DNA of 64,000 nt from a virus. Shown here piece by piece: positions 18,301 to 26,911 of the stretch. The stretch lies in the IMG/VR virus record IMGVR_UViG_3300033149_006567, positions 1 to 64,000 of that record, one strand, 5' to 3'. The translations under genes were made by a program, and so were the position numbers. Within the stretch, counting starts at the first letter, position 1, and every line of letters starts with the position of its first letter. The notes under the pieces were generated by a model. It worked only from the letters and a program-made list of their open reading frames with translations, had not been told where the DNA came from and did not search any database.

Positions 18301-19760
18301 GGATGTTTTGGAGGCATCCCTTTACCACAGAATATTCTGCCATGCCATTGAGATTTCGGAGAATAGCTGGGGCCGGAAAAGAGGCCCTTGCCTTAATGCC
18401 GGAAATCAATGTGAACATCATGGGAAAGACGGTATCTATTAGTGCCCTAGTGGCCGCTATGGGAGACAAGGATAAGGATACTGCAGGCTTTATGATACTC
18501 GGGGGGGATCTAGAAAAAAAAGCAAGGGATTTCTGGTTTAGAAAGGGAAACATTGAGACTCAGCGCTACTTAGACCAAGTGGTTAAGACGCAGTTACTAA
18601 AACCTCAGGCTGCTAGTGCAGTTGCTGAAATGGAAGCTTTGACTGCCAAGCAGTTATCTGAAATTGCTATTGAAAAGCTTAGCATGCCTAGCCAATATGT
18701 TGGGAGAACGTCTCTCGCTTTGACCAAAATGAAAAGGGCGCTGACTTATATGCCCGAAGGGTACATGAGAGAGCAGGCCGGTTTATTGACAGCCTTAATG
18801 GAGCAGGGGCCAATAGCAGGAAAGCATATACCGGCGGAAGAGCTGGCCGGGAATATACGAGCTTTTGAGGCTTCTTTTCAGGGACTGGAGAGTGCCATTC
18901 TTGGAGGTAGGGGCCGAGATATAGAATACTATTTTAAGGAAACGTTAGGGGCTACTCAAGAATCTCGTATGGTTAGGGATATATTGACTCAAGGAGTTCA
19001 ACTTACAGAGGAGAAAGCTAAGGAGCTATCTAGATTGATGGGGCCAGGAGTGGAAATTTCTCCTCGACTTGGTGGCACGCAATTACAAGAGACTGCGGAT
19101 TTTATGGCCGAAGCTATGCGTCGCTATGCTGGCACAGAAGAAGCTCGGATGTTTGATTTGTTAACGGGTCGAGGGGATGTGAGGGCAGCCAATGATATGA
19201 GGAAATATTTGCAGAGGAGCAATATCGAAGCCGCGAAGCAAGGCATCAATAAGTTGCGAAGTGGTTTCGGCAAGGTAGTTAGTAAAATAAAATTGGCAGC
19301 AGAAAACATAGTCGGGGCTGAAGGCGGGAAATTATTGAAGTATGCGAAACCGTTAGCCATCGGGACTGGAGCAACGATGCTTTTGGCCGCCGTTCTTAGT
19401 CGCCCCTCGGAAACTCTCGGGCCATCAGGTGATAGAATCCCAGGGGATCGCTCTCGGTCAGTTCCTCGCCGAGGAAGAGGGTCGTATAGAACTCCAGAGA
19501 ATCTTCATCCACCTTCTCAGGTGTTGGGTAGTCCAACTGCTCCTACTAGGCTGACGGTTCCATCTGCTCGAATTACATCGGAAAAGGGTTATAATATAAA
19601 TGCGCGGATTGCGATGGAGCAAGAAAATGTAGACCCAGTTAGATTAGCGCAAGAACTAGAACGTGGCGCTGGCAATACCGACAGGGTAAATGTTAATATC
19701 AGTGATAACCGAGCAACTTTAAACATGGATCAATTGCTTAACGAGCTTTATAATGGCTGA
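15297..19760 (+). CDS. Large virion protein; putative single-chain two-barrel (DPBB) RNA polymerase-like protein
   Basis: Ordered motifs resembling RNAP beta (LKLYFTE...HKQMFGAKGGV) then beta-prime (QRVAGSRF; DVGLS; FWRHP; MGDKDKDTAGFMI); hydrophobic segments near both termini. Confidence 0.55.
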   Translation: MASDPKKIEREFTFKDVLIGAPLAAGLGMSAWRFAKEVPTAFSQTVRSGFGEDFLRQVAPYASSVAGTDAAINNLVRSASSVREPAEAVFAWKAAASAIPDPFGKAISPEGLTEPFASIGSVFREHLPRFSPSYRLKFMRLFQTNLKAIQKQKSVAGVDFDLAKLAPAEIAPVTPESYLRAPLRGPEDLPVHLKTYGQRIQNTLGDVGMEWVSRPEWQGAGLGAYRMRLGPGLSLNIPKSVGGQALLGQNLASQYAVGDFTVFDEATRKVTRMPYDEYTLYRFEKEILPRLRPGAENAFASTREAQAAIDALGRELREKGTFLGATPPMFQTRAAQGYGTLRSRVTHLVTSKGKTITAPEALRIPELRALVGPELRAAGVSPSSMAKGTLSRYSAQNLFLGGAAAPESRRLEQAFREWEFFKGDLPAREAERFSWLLSPEYKRLYGERGALLHRTVFAKPEEMSRLAEKAPSLIMRAGEGEWEVSKALMDYMKSVRSSHMEVHRLTTEMAENFMEKGGVGYAKRAVSLPAGMVIGYGPSGEMVNLSRKSTLLGYGRVGENLKLYFTEMAPEEIHKQMFGAKGGVVPRRRGVFSIMSEVMRLPQGAEARMSVGMLKKNPHYHTMQMTSALWDILGAKQAAGLPVGGLEDFISRPAETVRFLERRATMGGKYSHRAFTKSLLGMAQAGGLSAEEFGRVFGGVPEVFGEGWEASLGGGLSGAERRAMEELSPVGTVFSTYAGMLEQRIPSGGGATIEPRLFTLLEAGQYGEFGSKISAEIARRAALDNPEALLVSEEVRRSLASFVGQAESSWAQDVFKLQSRFSREAFEGFLEKGGWLEMPGKTGNIYVPGMDKVRQMLPHELPGGEQAFTEFAKTYSRLARAASDVEAGRLPLEEFLGAEGVYEGAMRAIQREHAPFGKGLFGLARKGTQRVAGSRFLELASTIGASEAAENAFLKTATPFDVGLSDYWFEKMIQDSERQGVMEAAETAAVRARWESGEAVGGMFWRHPFTTEYSAMPLRFRRIAGAGKEALALMPEINVNIMGKTVSISALVAAMGDKDKDTAGFMILGGDLEKKARDFWFRKGNIETQRYLDQVVKTQLLKPQAASAVAEMEALTAKQLSEIAIEKLSMPSQYVGRTSLALTKMKRALTYMPEGYMREQAGLLTALMEQGPIAGKHIPAEELAGNIRAFEASFQGLESAILGGRGRDIEYYFKETLGATQESRMVRDILTQGVQLTEEKAKELSRLMGPGVEISPRLGGTQLQETADFMAEAMRRYAGTEEARMFDLLTGRGDVRAANDMRKYLQRSNIEAAKQGINKLRSGFGKVVSKIKLAAENIVGAEGGKLLKYAKPLAIGTGATMLLAAVLSRPSETLGPSGDRIPGDRSRSVPRRGRGSYRTPENLHPPSQVLGSPTAPTRLTVPSARITSEKGYNINARIAMEQENVDPVRLAQELERGAGNTDRVNVNISDNRATLNMDQLLNELYNG

Positions 19761-22700
19761 TGGCGGAAATTTTATAATTAATGACATAGAGCTGACGATA
19801 CCCCCTCAGCAGATAAAGATAGACCACCAGTCCTTTAATCATCGCTGGCAGACTCTCCGGACTCGAGGCTCTAAGAAGGTCAAGTCAGGGTATTCTATTG
19901 TAAATATCAGAGTTCGCGCCACTTTTGTTGATCATTCTGATTTTGAAAAACTAAGGAAACTGGTGGCTCAACTTAGGGTCACTCCATTTGCTTATGTGGA
20001 AAACCAGCATATTCGCAATGCCGTTCTAGAAGGCTCCCAGGAAGAGAATCTGGTTTTAGCTTTAAAGTCGATCAATATTCGTAAGCCAGCCAGGACTGTC
20101 AATTCCATAAATGTTGTGTTTGATTTTGCCTGGTTCAATTATAAGCCCTATACTTTGCTTTGGCAGTATCGAGTTGATATATTTAGTAATTTGGCGACTA
20201 ATGATCCCAAGTACTCTTATGCCTGGAAGATGATGTATGAGGCTGAGATTAAGAAGGGAGGCTATATCCCGATTAAGCCCCCCGGAGCTTCTGGAGAAGA
20301 GCTTTCAGATAGTTTGATGATCGGATTTAGAGAGTTTATTTCTCCCCTGATGGAGGGGGATGACTCCAAGAGTATTACCCCAGAAGATGCTATTAAAAAA
20401 TATTTTGAACTGCAAGGGAAAATAAAAAGTCAGGCTGAAAAAAGTCTTAGGGGACACGGAGCTTCTGAGTTTCCACAGCCCGTAGAGACTACTGGGGACT
20501 ACGTGGCAGAAGCCAAAAACTTATTGGGGTACTCTACCTCTATGGAGCTGGATTTATTTTCAGAAATACAGGGAGAGATAGGAGGGAAGAAGTTTACCTA
20601 CAAGGGGTTGGATTGGGAGCCCCTATACAAAGACGATAAGCCTCTCACCAAGGATGGCCGCGCAATATTTAGCCGCAGGACAGCCCTAGATGCCAAAAGA
20701 TCTGATATAACGGTGACTGGGGTAGACATATCCTTTCAGCATAATTTAGCTATGATGCCAGTTCTGGGATATTCTCATGCTACTTTTCAGCATACAGGTA
20801 GTGTGGATTCTGTTGTTTCTCTTCAGATGATAGCTAGAAGTGAAGAGGCGGTCAAAAGAATTACTCATTTTTACAATGCAGTTAAAAATGCGGAAATAAA
20901 ATACAAGTCGATTCCTGCTGGTAGTCGCAATTTGTATGTTAGCAATGACATACTGAATCTTTGCGGAATTCAAGAGTGCATAGTCGAACAGTTTTTTATT
21001 GACACAATACCAGGTCAGATAGGGACTTATTCAATTAGTTTGGTTTTGTCAGAAAATAGTTATCCAGATTTAGGAGAGAAATTTGTTTCAGAGTTTGCTT
21101 TTTCTTCAAAATGGCTGAGGAGCGAGATAGCTAAGATTTTAGAGGGGTATGTCAAATTGGCCCCGGGATTTAAAGAAAAGTATGTTTTCGGCAAGAAGTT
21201 TTCAACGCGGCGAGTGGAATCTTTTGAGAATAGAGTGTATGAGACTACAATACTTTCGTCGGATGAAAGTAAAAAGAAGCTGTATGATGCGACCAAGCAG
21301 TACGCAGAATTGATGAGTGGGTTGTATAACGAGCTAGAGGAATTATTGGGCGAAGGGAAGGGGGTACTTGGGGAGTATGGAGATTCAGCGCTTGGATATC
21401 AGTTGGCGAGCTTTTTATCTCTTCGAGATGAAGGAGTTTTTCCGGGGATACATAAAATACAAAGTGATTTAATGGATAACGTAGTCCTCAATAAGACCAA
21501 GAACGCCAGTCGTGCTGGAAAAGAGAACACTGGGATATCGGATACTTTGGGGGCTTTAGGCGGGGACTACGACGCTGTAACTCGCCCTTCTGCTACGGGG
21601 GCGACGGAGGGTAGTTTTGGAAATGCCCTGAACAGCTTGGGTCAAAAGAGTGCGCAGATACACGCTCTTTATCGAGGAAGTTCTGGAGAGTTTACAGACG
21701 AGGAAAGACGGCAAAAAGACGCTTTGACCCAGGAGTATGAGTGGGCCTTGAACGTCCTAAGGAGGTCTTCTAGGGAGTACGTGAGTAATCGTCATTTGGA
21801 AAGTAAAGAAGAGTATCAGCGGCTTTTAAGTCAGTATAAAAATAATGAGGATGTTATCTCCCAAGGGCTAAGTGGGGCCGCCCTGAAGGCTTACTGGGAG
21901 GAGTTCAGGACTGTTAGCGCAAGGCGTTTGGCAGAAAAGCGCTTGGGGCAAAGGGGTCTGCAAGATCTCATATTCGACATAGTAAGAGATTATATGGGGC
22001 AATATGTTTCTCTTTTGGATCGATTAATTAATCCCGGGGAGATATTGAAGGAAAGGGAGTTTTTAGACATAGCCAAGCAGGTTAAGGAGTCTCTTCTGAA
22101 AAATGTGGGGTCAGAATGCTATCCAGATTTTCCCTTAAGAGAGGTTGCAGAGGCCCTGCAGGTTGAAAAGGGCGACATCAATTATGAGTTGGGAGAGCTA
22201 CTCTTTTCAGAATGGAAAGATAAGGGCGACTACATGAAGGGTTTAAGTCCAGCCTGTTTGATTAATCCGGATTTTTATCTTATCAGCGAGACTTTTGATA
22301 AGGCTGGGAATTTGGTTGATGAAGCTTCTATCAAAAAGGTCAAAGAAATATCCAAAAGTAGTTTGAGCAATTATGAACAAGCGCATAAAAAATGGCTTGG
22401 TAGAGTTGAAGAGAATTATCAAAAACGGACACAGGCAATGAATTCTTATAGTCGGAATTCATTTCAAAGTTTGACGAAAAAGGACAAAGAACGGGTAAAT
22501 AAGGGGAAGGCGAGTGCTTTCGGGGGTGAAGCAGTAAGAAGCTATATGAAACAACAGTCAGATTACATGGATCCCTACGATTTTCCCGAAGGGGGTTATG
22601 CGTATGACACCCCCACAGCCTTAGCTCTCGAAGGCGCAAATCCTGTTGAATTTTCGACCATTGATGCTGGCGTTGATGTTGCACTAGGTCAAGAAGATAT

Positions 22701-25683
22701 GAATGACTATTGGATGTGCTACGGGCGGGAATCTGTTTATTTAGAGGAGCCAGAGGTCAAAAAAGAAGAGCGCATTAGACATATATATGGGGGATACGAG
22801 ATACTGGATGGGACGAAACCCAGTGTGTGGGGGAAGCGAGAGGATATAAGAGCAGGTTCGCAGGGAGCGCCGGATAAATGGATTTGGCCCGTTCCGTCTT
22901 TTGGTAGAGGTCCCAACAATATATCGAGTTATTATGGAGAGAGATGGGATCCCGTGGAGGAAGAAAAAGGGGAATACGTTAAGGCATTTCATTATGGAAT
23001 TGACATAGTAAATGGGATAAGCGGCAAGTCTTCTAGGGGGGCGACAGTTGTTGCCGCAGCCCCAGGCAGGGTTGTTTTTGCAAAAGGAGGCCGAGAGAGA
23101 AAAAGGAATGTCGATAACGAGTATGTAGAGGGAGATAAGGGAGAAACGAGTCAAATACTTATTCAGCATGGTGGAGGGTTTTATACCAGGTACAAGCATG
23201 TAACAGGATATGAAAAGTGGCTAGACCCCAATTCTCCCTCTTATTTTCGCAAAAAGCCCTTTGTTAAGGGTGGAGAGGAAATAGCAAAAGTTGGGAATGA
23301 GGGCTATTCTACTGGAGCCCATTTACATTTCGAAACACTTGCAGGAGGGAAAGAGACTAAAAGTTATGCCAAAGATCCATTACTAGTTTTGGCAGGAGAC
23401 TACAACGTTTCTGCCCCAATAACCGTTGGAGAAAATGCTGAGGCGGAGGATTTACTGGCTCGTTTTATCGGAGAGTTTGAAAGAGACTTATATCTAGGGC
23501 AGGGCAAAGGGGTGATGCGGGCATATCCCACTTTTAAACTTTATTTTATAGAAAGTGATTTCGGGGAACGAAAAGAGTATTCTTTTGACGATTTCTTTTC
23601 TTATTCCTCGGTTAAAAATATACAGCTGGTTAAGCATAAGCATATACCCGCAGACGTGTGCATATTGGAGTTGACGAATATATCTGGGGTATTAAGTAAC
23701 CGGAAGTTTCGGAACGCCCTAGATGACCAAACTGACAGGATAGTCAGTCAAGTAAGGCCCATTAGCAAAGAAGACGCAAAGTCTCCCGAGAGGACAAATA
23801 CGAAAGAGGAGAATCCGCTAGTATCGATGTTACTGCAGGCGGGAGTTCAAGTGCAGCTTAGGCTAGGGTATAACAATAACCCTCAATTTTTAGAAACACC
23901 GTTTAATGGTGTGATAACAGAAGTTCAGTTTACTGAATCTGATGATTTAGTCCGAGTTGTGGCCCAAAGCTATGGCACTCAATTAGTTCAAAGGTTTAAG
24001 GGAATAGATAAAAGTATAAAAAGGGGCGGGCTTTTTAGTACGTCTGGAGACACGGGTTCGCTATTGGAAGAGCTACTTGGTTCTACAGAGGTTACTCATT
24101 TCGGTCGATGGGAGCCGGGGTCAAAGGGCCAGGATGAGCTTTATAATACCCTCACCAATAGGTGGGAGTTTAACCCTAAACCTCATGCCTTAAATATATT
24201 TGCGCCAGGGGGGGATTTCTTTTTTAACTTATTTAAATCTGCTCCAAATTACTATATGTTTCGGACTACCATTTGGGATGTAGCACAAGAGATGACATTG
24301 AGGCATCCCGGGTATATTTGCCAAGCTGTTCCTTACGAGGGAGAGTGGGGACCTCGGATGACTCTTTATTTCGGACTTCCCAATCAGCTTTATTACAGTA
24401 GAGACCCGAATCCTCAGGAAAAGGAGTTCGCTAGTGTTCTTGGAAGTTTAGCGGAGAAGATAGAAAAGAATAAAGAACTAGATGATAGCGGAGAGCAGCT
24501 TGCCAAAACATTGAAGGATTCGGCCTCCTCTATAAATCCAGAGAAATTTAATGAGCAGGTGGAGAAGACCGCCAGAGATAATTACAGCAAGAAGAGTAGA
24601 AGTCAGCATTTTGATAAGCTTAAGAAGATTTTTGCGAGGAGCACAGGCTTGAATAAGCCATTTAGGGCTTATCATTTGGTTACAAGCGAGTCACATATAA
24701 TAGCCAACAATATTTGGCCCGTAGCTCCCAGACGACTTTATAACGCGGTGAATCTTCAATACAGTGACGACACCATATTTTTCGACGAAGTTGAAGACGG
24801 CAAGACCGGAAAACTGGAGTCTAGTGACCCCGAAGTGCTTTCTATGAAGGCGGATGTTGATATACCGGACGAAGACATAAGAGAGTTTTTCGCTAGATAT
24901 CCGAATTGCATAGGAGAAGAGCAGGCCAAAAGATATGCCCTAGGACTTCTTTGGGAAGCTCAGAAGAAAGCGTACCAGGGGAACCTGATTGTGATAGGGA
25001 ATCCAAGAATTAAGCCTTATGATGTTGTAATAATTGCAGATAGCTACACTGACATGTATGGCATGGTGGAAGTAGAGCAGGTTGTTCACAAGTTTTCTCA
25101 GGAAAATGGTTTTGTTACGGAAATAAAACCCAATATGTTAATTCATGTAAATCAGACCGCGACTATGACGACAGACGAGGTTATGGGTATGGTGGCGGCT
25201 GAGGTTTTGGGGAAACTTGACATGGATACCGCTTCCAGACTTTTAACGCAAGGGGTTCAGCTTAGTCGGGAGGCCGATAAATCGGTCAGCGGGAAAATAG
25301 CAAAGGCGATTACGGATAACTCAGAGGCTGTAGCGCTATCTACAATGGCGATCAGTATGCCTGCTGGGCTTGCGATACATAGCTGTCTTTGGTTATTCAG
25401 GAAATTTATGGCGCATTCTCAGTTTAATCACCCCTTTAGGTACGAGCCATTAATTTATCGAGGACAACCGATGCTTCAAGGGTTAAAGGCTAGATATAGT
25501 CAAAAAGGATTTTTCTGGTTAAAGGGAGAGTTTATCGAAGAAGGCCTCGAGGGGCTTAAAAATAAATACGAAAATCTTAAGGAGCAGTTTGCTCCAGAAA
25601 ATTGGTTTGATACTCGAGGAGATTTCGGAGATTATTTCTGGGGTATCAAACAGGGCTATGCCGGGCCTAAGTTGGGAGAATAA
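19753..25683 (+). CDS. Multidomain baseplate hub / tail-associated lysin with internal M23 peptidase
   Basis: M23 motifs WIWPV...HYGID...YKHV...GYSTGAHLHFE at about 22879-23390; C-terminal hub-like YQGNLIVIGNPRIKPYD...VEQVVHKFS..GFVTEI. Confidence 0.75.
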   Translation: MADGGNFIINDIELTIPPQQIKIDHQSFNHRWQTLRTRGSKKVKSGYSIVNIRVRATFVDHSDFEKLRKLVAQLRVTPFAYVENQHIRNAVLEGSQEENLVLALKSINIRKPARTVNSINVVFDFAWFNYKPYTLLWQYRVDIFSNLATNDPKYSYAWKMMYEAEIKKGGYIPIKPPGASGEELSDSLMIGFREFISPLMEGDDSKSITPEDAIKKYFELQGKIKSQAEKSLRGHGASEFPQPVETTGDYVAEAKNLLGYSTSMELDLFSEIQGEIGGKKFTYKGLDWEPLYKDDKPLTKDGRAIFSRRTALDAKRSDITVTGVDISFQHNLAMMPVLGYSHATFQHTGSVDSVVSLQMIARSEEAVKRITHFYNAVKNAEIKYKSIPAGSRNLYVSNDILNLCGIQECIVEQFFIDTIPGQIGTYSISLVLSENSYPDLGEKFVSEFAFSSKWLRSEIAKILEGYVKLAPGFKEKYVFGKKFSTRRVESFENRVYETTILSSDESKKKLYDATKQYAELMSGLYNELEELLGEGKGVLGEYGDSALGYQLASFLSLRDEGVFPGIHKIQSDLMDNVVLNKTKNASRAGKENTGISDTLGALGGDYDAVTRPSATGATEGSFGNALNSLGQKSAQIHALYRGSSGEFTDEERRQKDALTQEYEWALNVLRRSSREYVSNRHLESKEEYQRLLSQYKNNEDVISQGLSGAALKAYWEEFRTVSARRLAEKRLGQRGLQDLIFDIVRDYMGQYVSLLDRLINPGEILKEREFLDIAKQVKESLLKNVGSECYPDFPLREVAEALQVEKGDINYELGELLFSEWKDKGDYMKGLSPACLINPDFYLISETFDKAGNLVDEASIKKVKEISKSSLSNYEQAHKKWLGRVEENYQKRTQAMNSYSRNSFQSLTKKDKERVNKGKASAFGGEAVRSYMKQQSDYMDPYDFPEGGYAYDTPTALALEGANPVEFSTIDAGVDVALGQEDMNDYWMCYGRESVYLEEPEVKKEERIRHIYGGYEILDGTKPSVWGKREDIRAGSQGAPDKWIWPVPSFGRGPNNISSYYGERWDPVEEEKGEYVKAFHYGIDIVNGISGKSSRGATVVAAAPGRVVFAKGGRERKRNVDNEYVEGDKGETSQILIQHGGGFYTRYKHVTGYEKWLDPNSPSYFRKKPFVKGGEEIAKVGNEGYSTGAHLHFETLAGGKETKSYAKDPLLVLAGDYNVSAPITVGENAEAEDLLARFIGEFERDLYLGQGKGVMRAYPTFKLYFIESDFGERKEYSFDDFFSYSSVKNIQLVKHKHIPADVCILELTNISGVLSNRKFRNALDDQTDRIVSQVRPISKEDAKSPERTNTKEENPLVSMLLQAGVQVQLRLGYNNNPQFLETPFNGVITEVQFTESDDLVRVVAQSYGTQLVQRFKGIDKSIKRGGLFSTSGDTGSLLEELLGSTEVTHFGRWEPGSKGQDELYNTLTNRWEFNPKPHALNIFAPGGDFFFNLFKSAPNYYMFRTTIWDVAQEMTLRHPGYICQAVPYEGEWGPRMTLYFGLPNQLYYSRDPNPQEKEFASVLGSLAEKIEKNKELDDSGEQLAKTLKDSASSINPEKFNEQVEKTARDNYSKKSRSQHFDKLKKIFARSTGLNKPFRAYHLVTSESHIIANNIWPVAPRRLYNAVNLQYSDDTIFFDEVEDGKTGKLESSDPEVLSMKADVDIPDEDIREFFARYPNCIGEEQAKRYALGLLWEAQKKAYQGNLIVIGNPRIKPYDVVIIADSYTDMYGMVEVEQVVHKFSQENGFVTEIKPNMLIHVNQTATMTTDEVMGMVAAEVLGKLDMDTASRLLTQGVQLSREADKSVSGKIAKAITDNSEAVALSTMAISMPAGLAIHSCLWLFRKFMAHSQFNHPFRYEPLIYRGQPMLQGLKARYSQKGFFWLKGEFIEEGLEGLKNKYENLKEQFAPENWFDTRGDFGDYFWGIKQGYAGPKLGE

Positions 25684-25685
25684 TT

Positions 25686-26090
25686 ATGCCGCTTCCGTAC
25701 AGCAATACCTTTCAGGGTGAACAGCAGAAAATTCAGCGTGAAGCAAGTAGTCCTAGTGACCAAAGCTTGAATATGGCCTTGGGGCGCATAACAGAAATTG
25801 ACGAAGATACCCAACAGGTTAAAGTTCGGCTATTTAGTGGTAGAATGGTTGGAGAGGATCCTAAGCGAGGGAATTTCCTTCCACTGGTTAATGAAATAGA
25901 TGATATTCTTTTTCGCTTTGGACCGCTTAGGAAGAACTTGGTTGTTAGAGTTATGTGGAGGGGAAAAACTTCGACGAGAAATGCTTTGGTAGAGGTAATA
26001 GCAGGGGAAGATGCCGAGTTCTTAAAACAAAAACCTGTTGATCAGGGCGGAGTGGGAGTCCACAAACTAATGTCTCCGGGAGGCTTCTAG
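25686..26090 (+). CDS. Baseplate central spike N-terminal (gpV/gp5-like OB-fold) protein
   Basis: LGRITEIDEDTQQVKVRL motif; directly after the hub gene. Confidence 0.55.
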   Translation: MPLPYSNTFQGEQQKIQREASSPSDQSLNMALGRITEIDEDTQQVKVRLFSGRMVGEDPKRGNFLPLVNEIDDILFRFGPLRKNLVVRVMWRGKTSTRNALVEVIAGEDAEFLKQKPVDQGGVGVHKLMSPGGF

Positions 26091-26420
26091 ATGGCTGAAA
26101 AAGTTAAGGTATGGAGGGTAACTCCTGATTCTTCTGCGCATATACTGATGAAGGACAGTGCGGTATATGTAGCCGCAAGTAGCAAAAATTTTATGGCCAT
26201 AGATGGCAATGGTATTACCTTAAGGGGGAATATCTCGATAGCTAGTATGGGGCAGGGTCAGCGCACAGGAGGACTATTCGTAAATCAGAATGAAATAGTG
26301 AATATGATTCCCAAAACCATGATGACTCCGATTCCGATTAAGATGCCAATTCCCCCCTTGGGGTTTGTTAAAAATGTTATAAAGGCCGTTCAGTTTGGCC
26401 TAGCGATGATGGTGGGATAG
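26091..26420 (+). CDS. Putative spike beta-strand/tip protein
   Basis: Short beta-repeat-like segment (NFMAIDGNGITLRGNISI) and a Pro-rich end; between spike and wedge genes. Confidence 0.4.
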   Translation: MAEKVKVWRVTPDSSAHILMKDSAVYVAASSKNFMAIDGNGITLRGNISIASMGQGQRTGGLFVNQNEIVNMIPKTMMTPIPIKMPIPPLGFVKNVIKAVQFGLAMMVG

Positions 26421-26421
26421 A

Positions 26422-26907
26422 ATGCCAGGATTTTACGACTCAATAGATATGCGTTGGGACGACAATGGAGACTATTTGCTTTCCGAAGATGGTGATTTCC
26501 AGGATACATCGAGTGACACGATAGAGTCTTTTGTCGCCGAAATAAAGTCTGTTTTGCGTTCGGAATTGGGGGACTGGGAAAAGCACCCCAATTATGCAGC
26601 AGATTTAAGAGAGTTTATCGGGGAGCCGAACAATCCTGAGACGGCGAAGAGAATAGAGAATAGAATTATCTATTCTTTGGTTCAAAACAATGTCGTCTCC
26701 AGAAGTGATGTTAGTGCCAGATTGGTTCCGACTCGTCCTGATACGGGTTTGGTGATTCTGACGATTCAGGCCATGCCGACGGAGACCAATAGTTTGGGAG
26801 AAAGTGGGACTGTTTCGGTGGTCTTTGCGTTTAATTTAATTGAAGGCGGGATACTGTTTTTGGATTCAGAGCGAAAGATAAACTTGTTCCCGGTTACGGA
26901 GAGGTAG
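26422..26907 (+). CDS. gp25/gpW-like baseplate wedge (sheath initiator) protein
   Basis: GDYLLSEDGDF...LRSELGDWEKHPNYAADLREFIGEPN pattern; directly before baseplate J. Confidence 0.8.
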   Translation: MPGFYDSIDMRWDDNGDYLLSEDGDFQDTSSDTIESFVAEIKSVLRSELGDWEKHPNYAADLREFIGEPNNPETAKRIENRIIYSLVQNNVVSRSDVSARLVPTRPDTGLVILTIQAMPTETNSLGESGTVSVVFAFNLIEGGILFLDSERKINLFPVTER

Positions 26908-26911
26908 GAAT

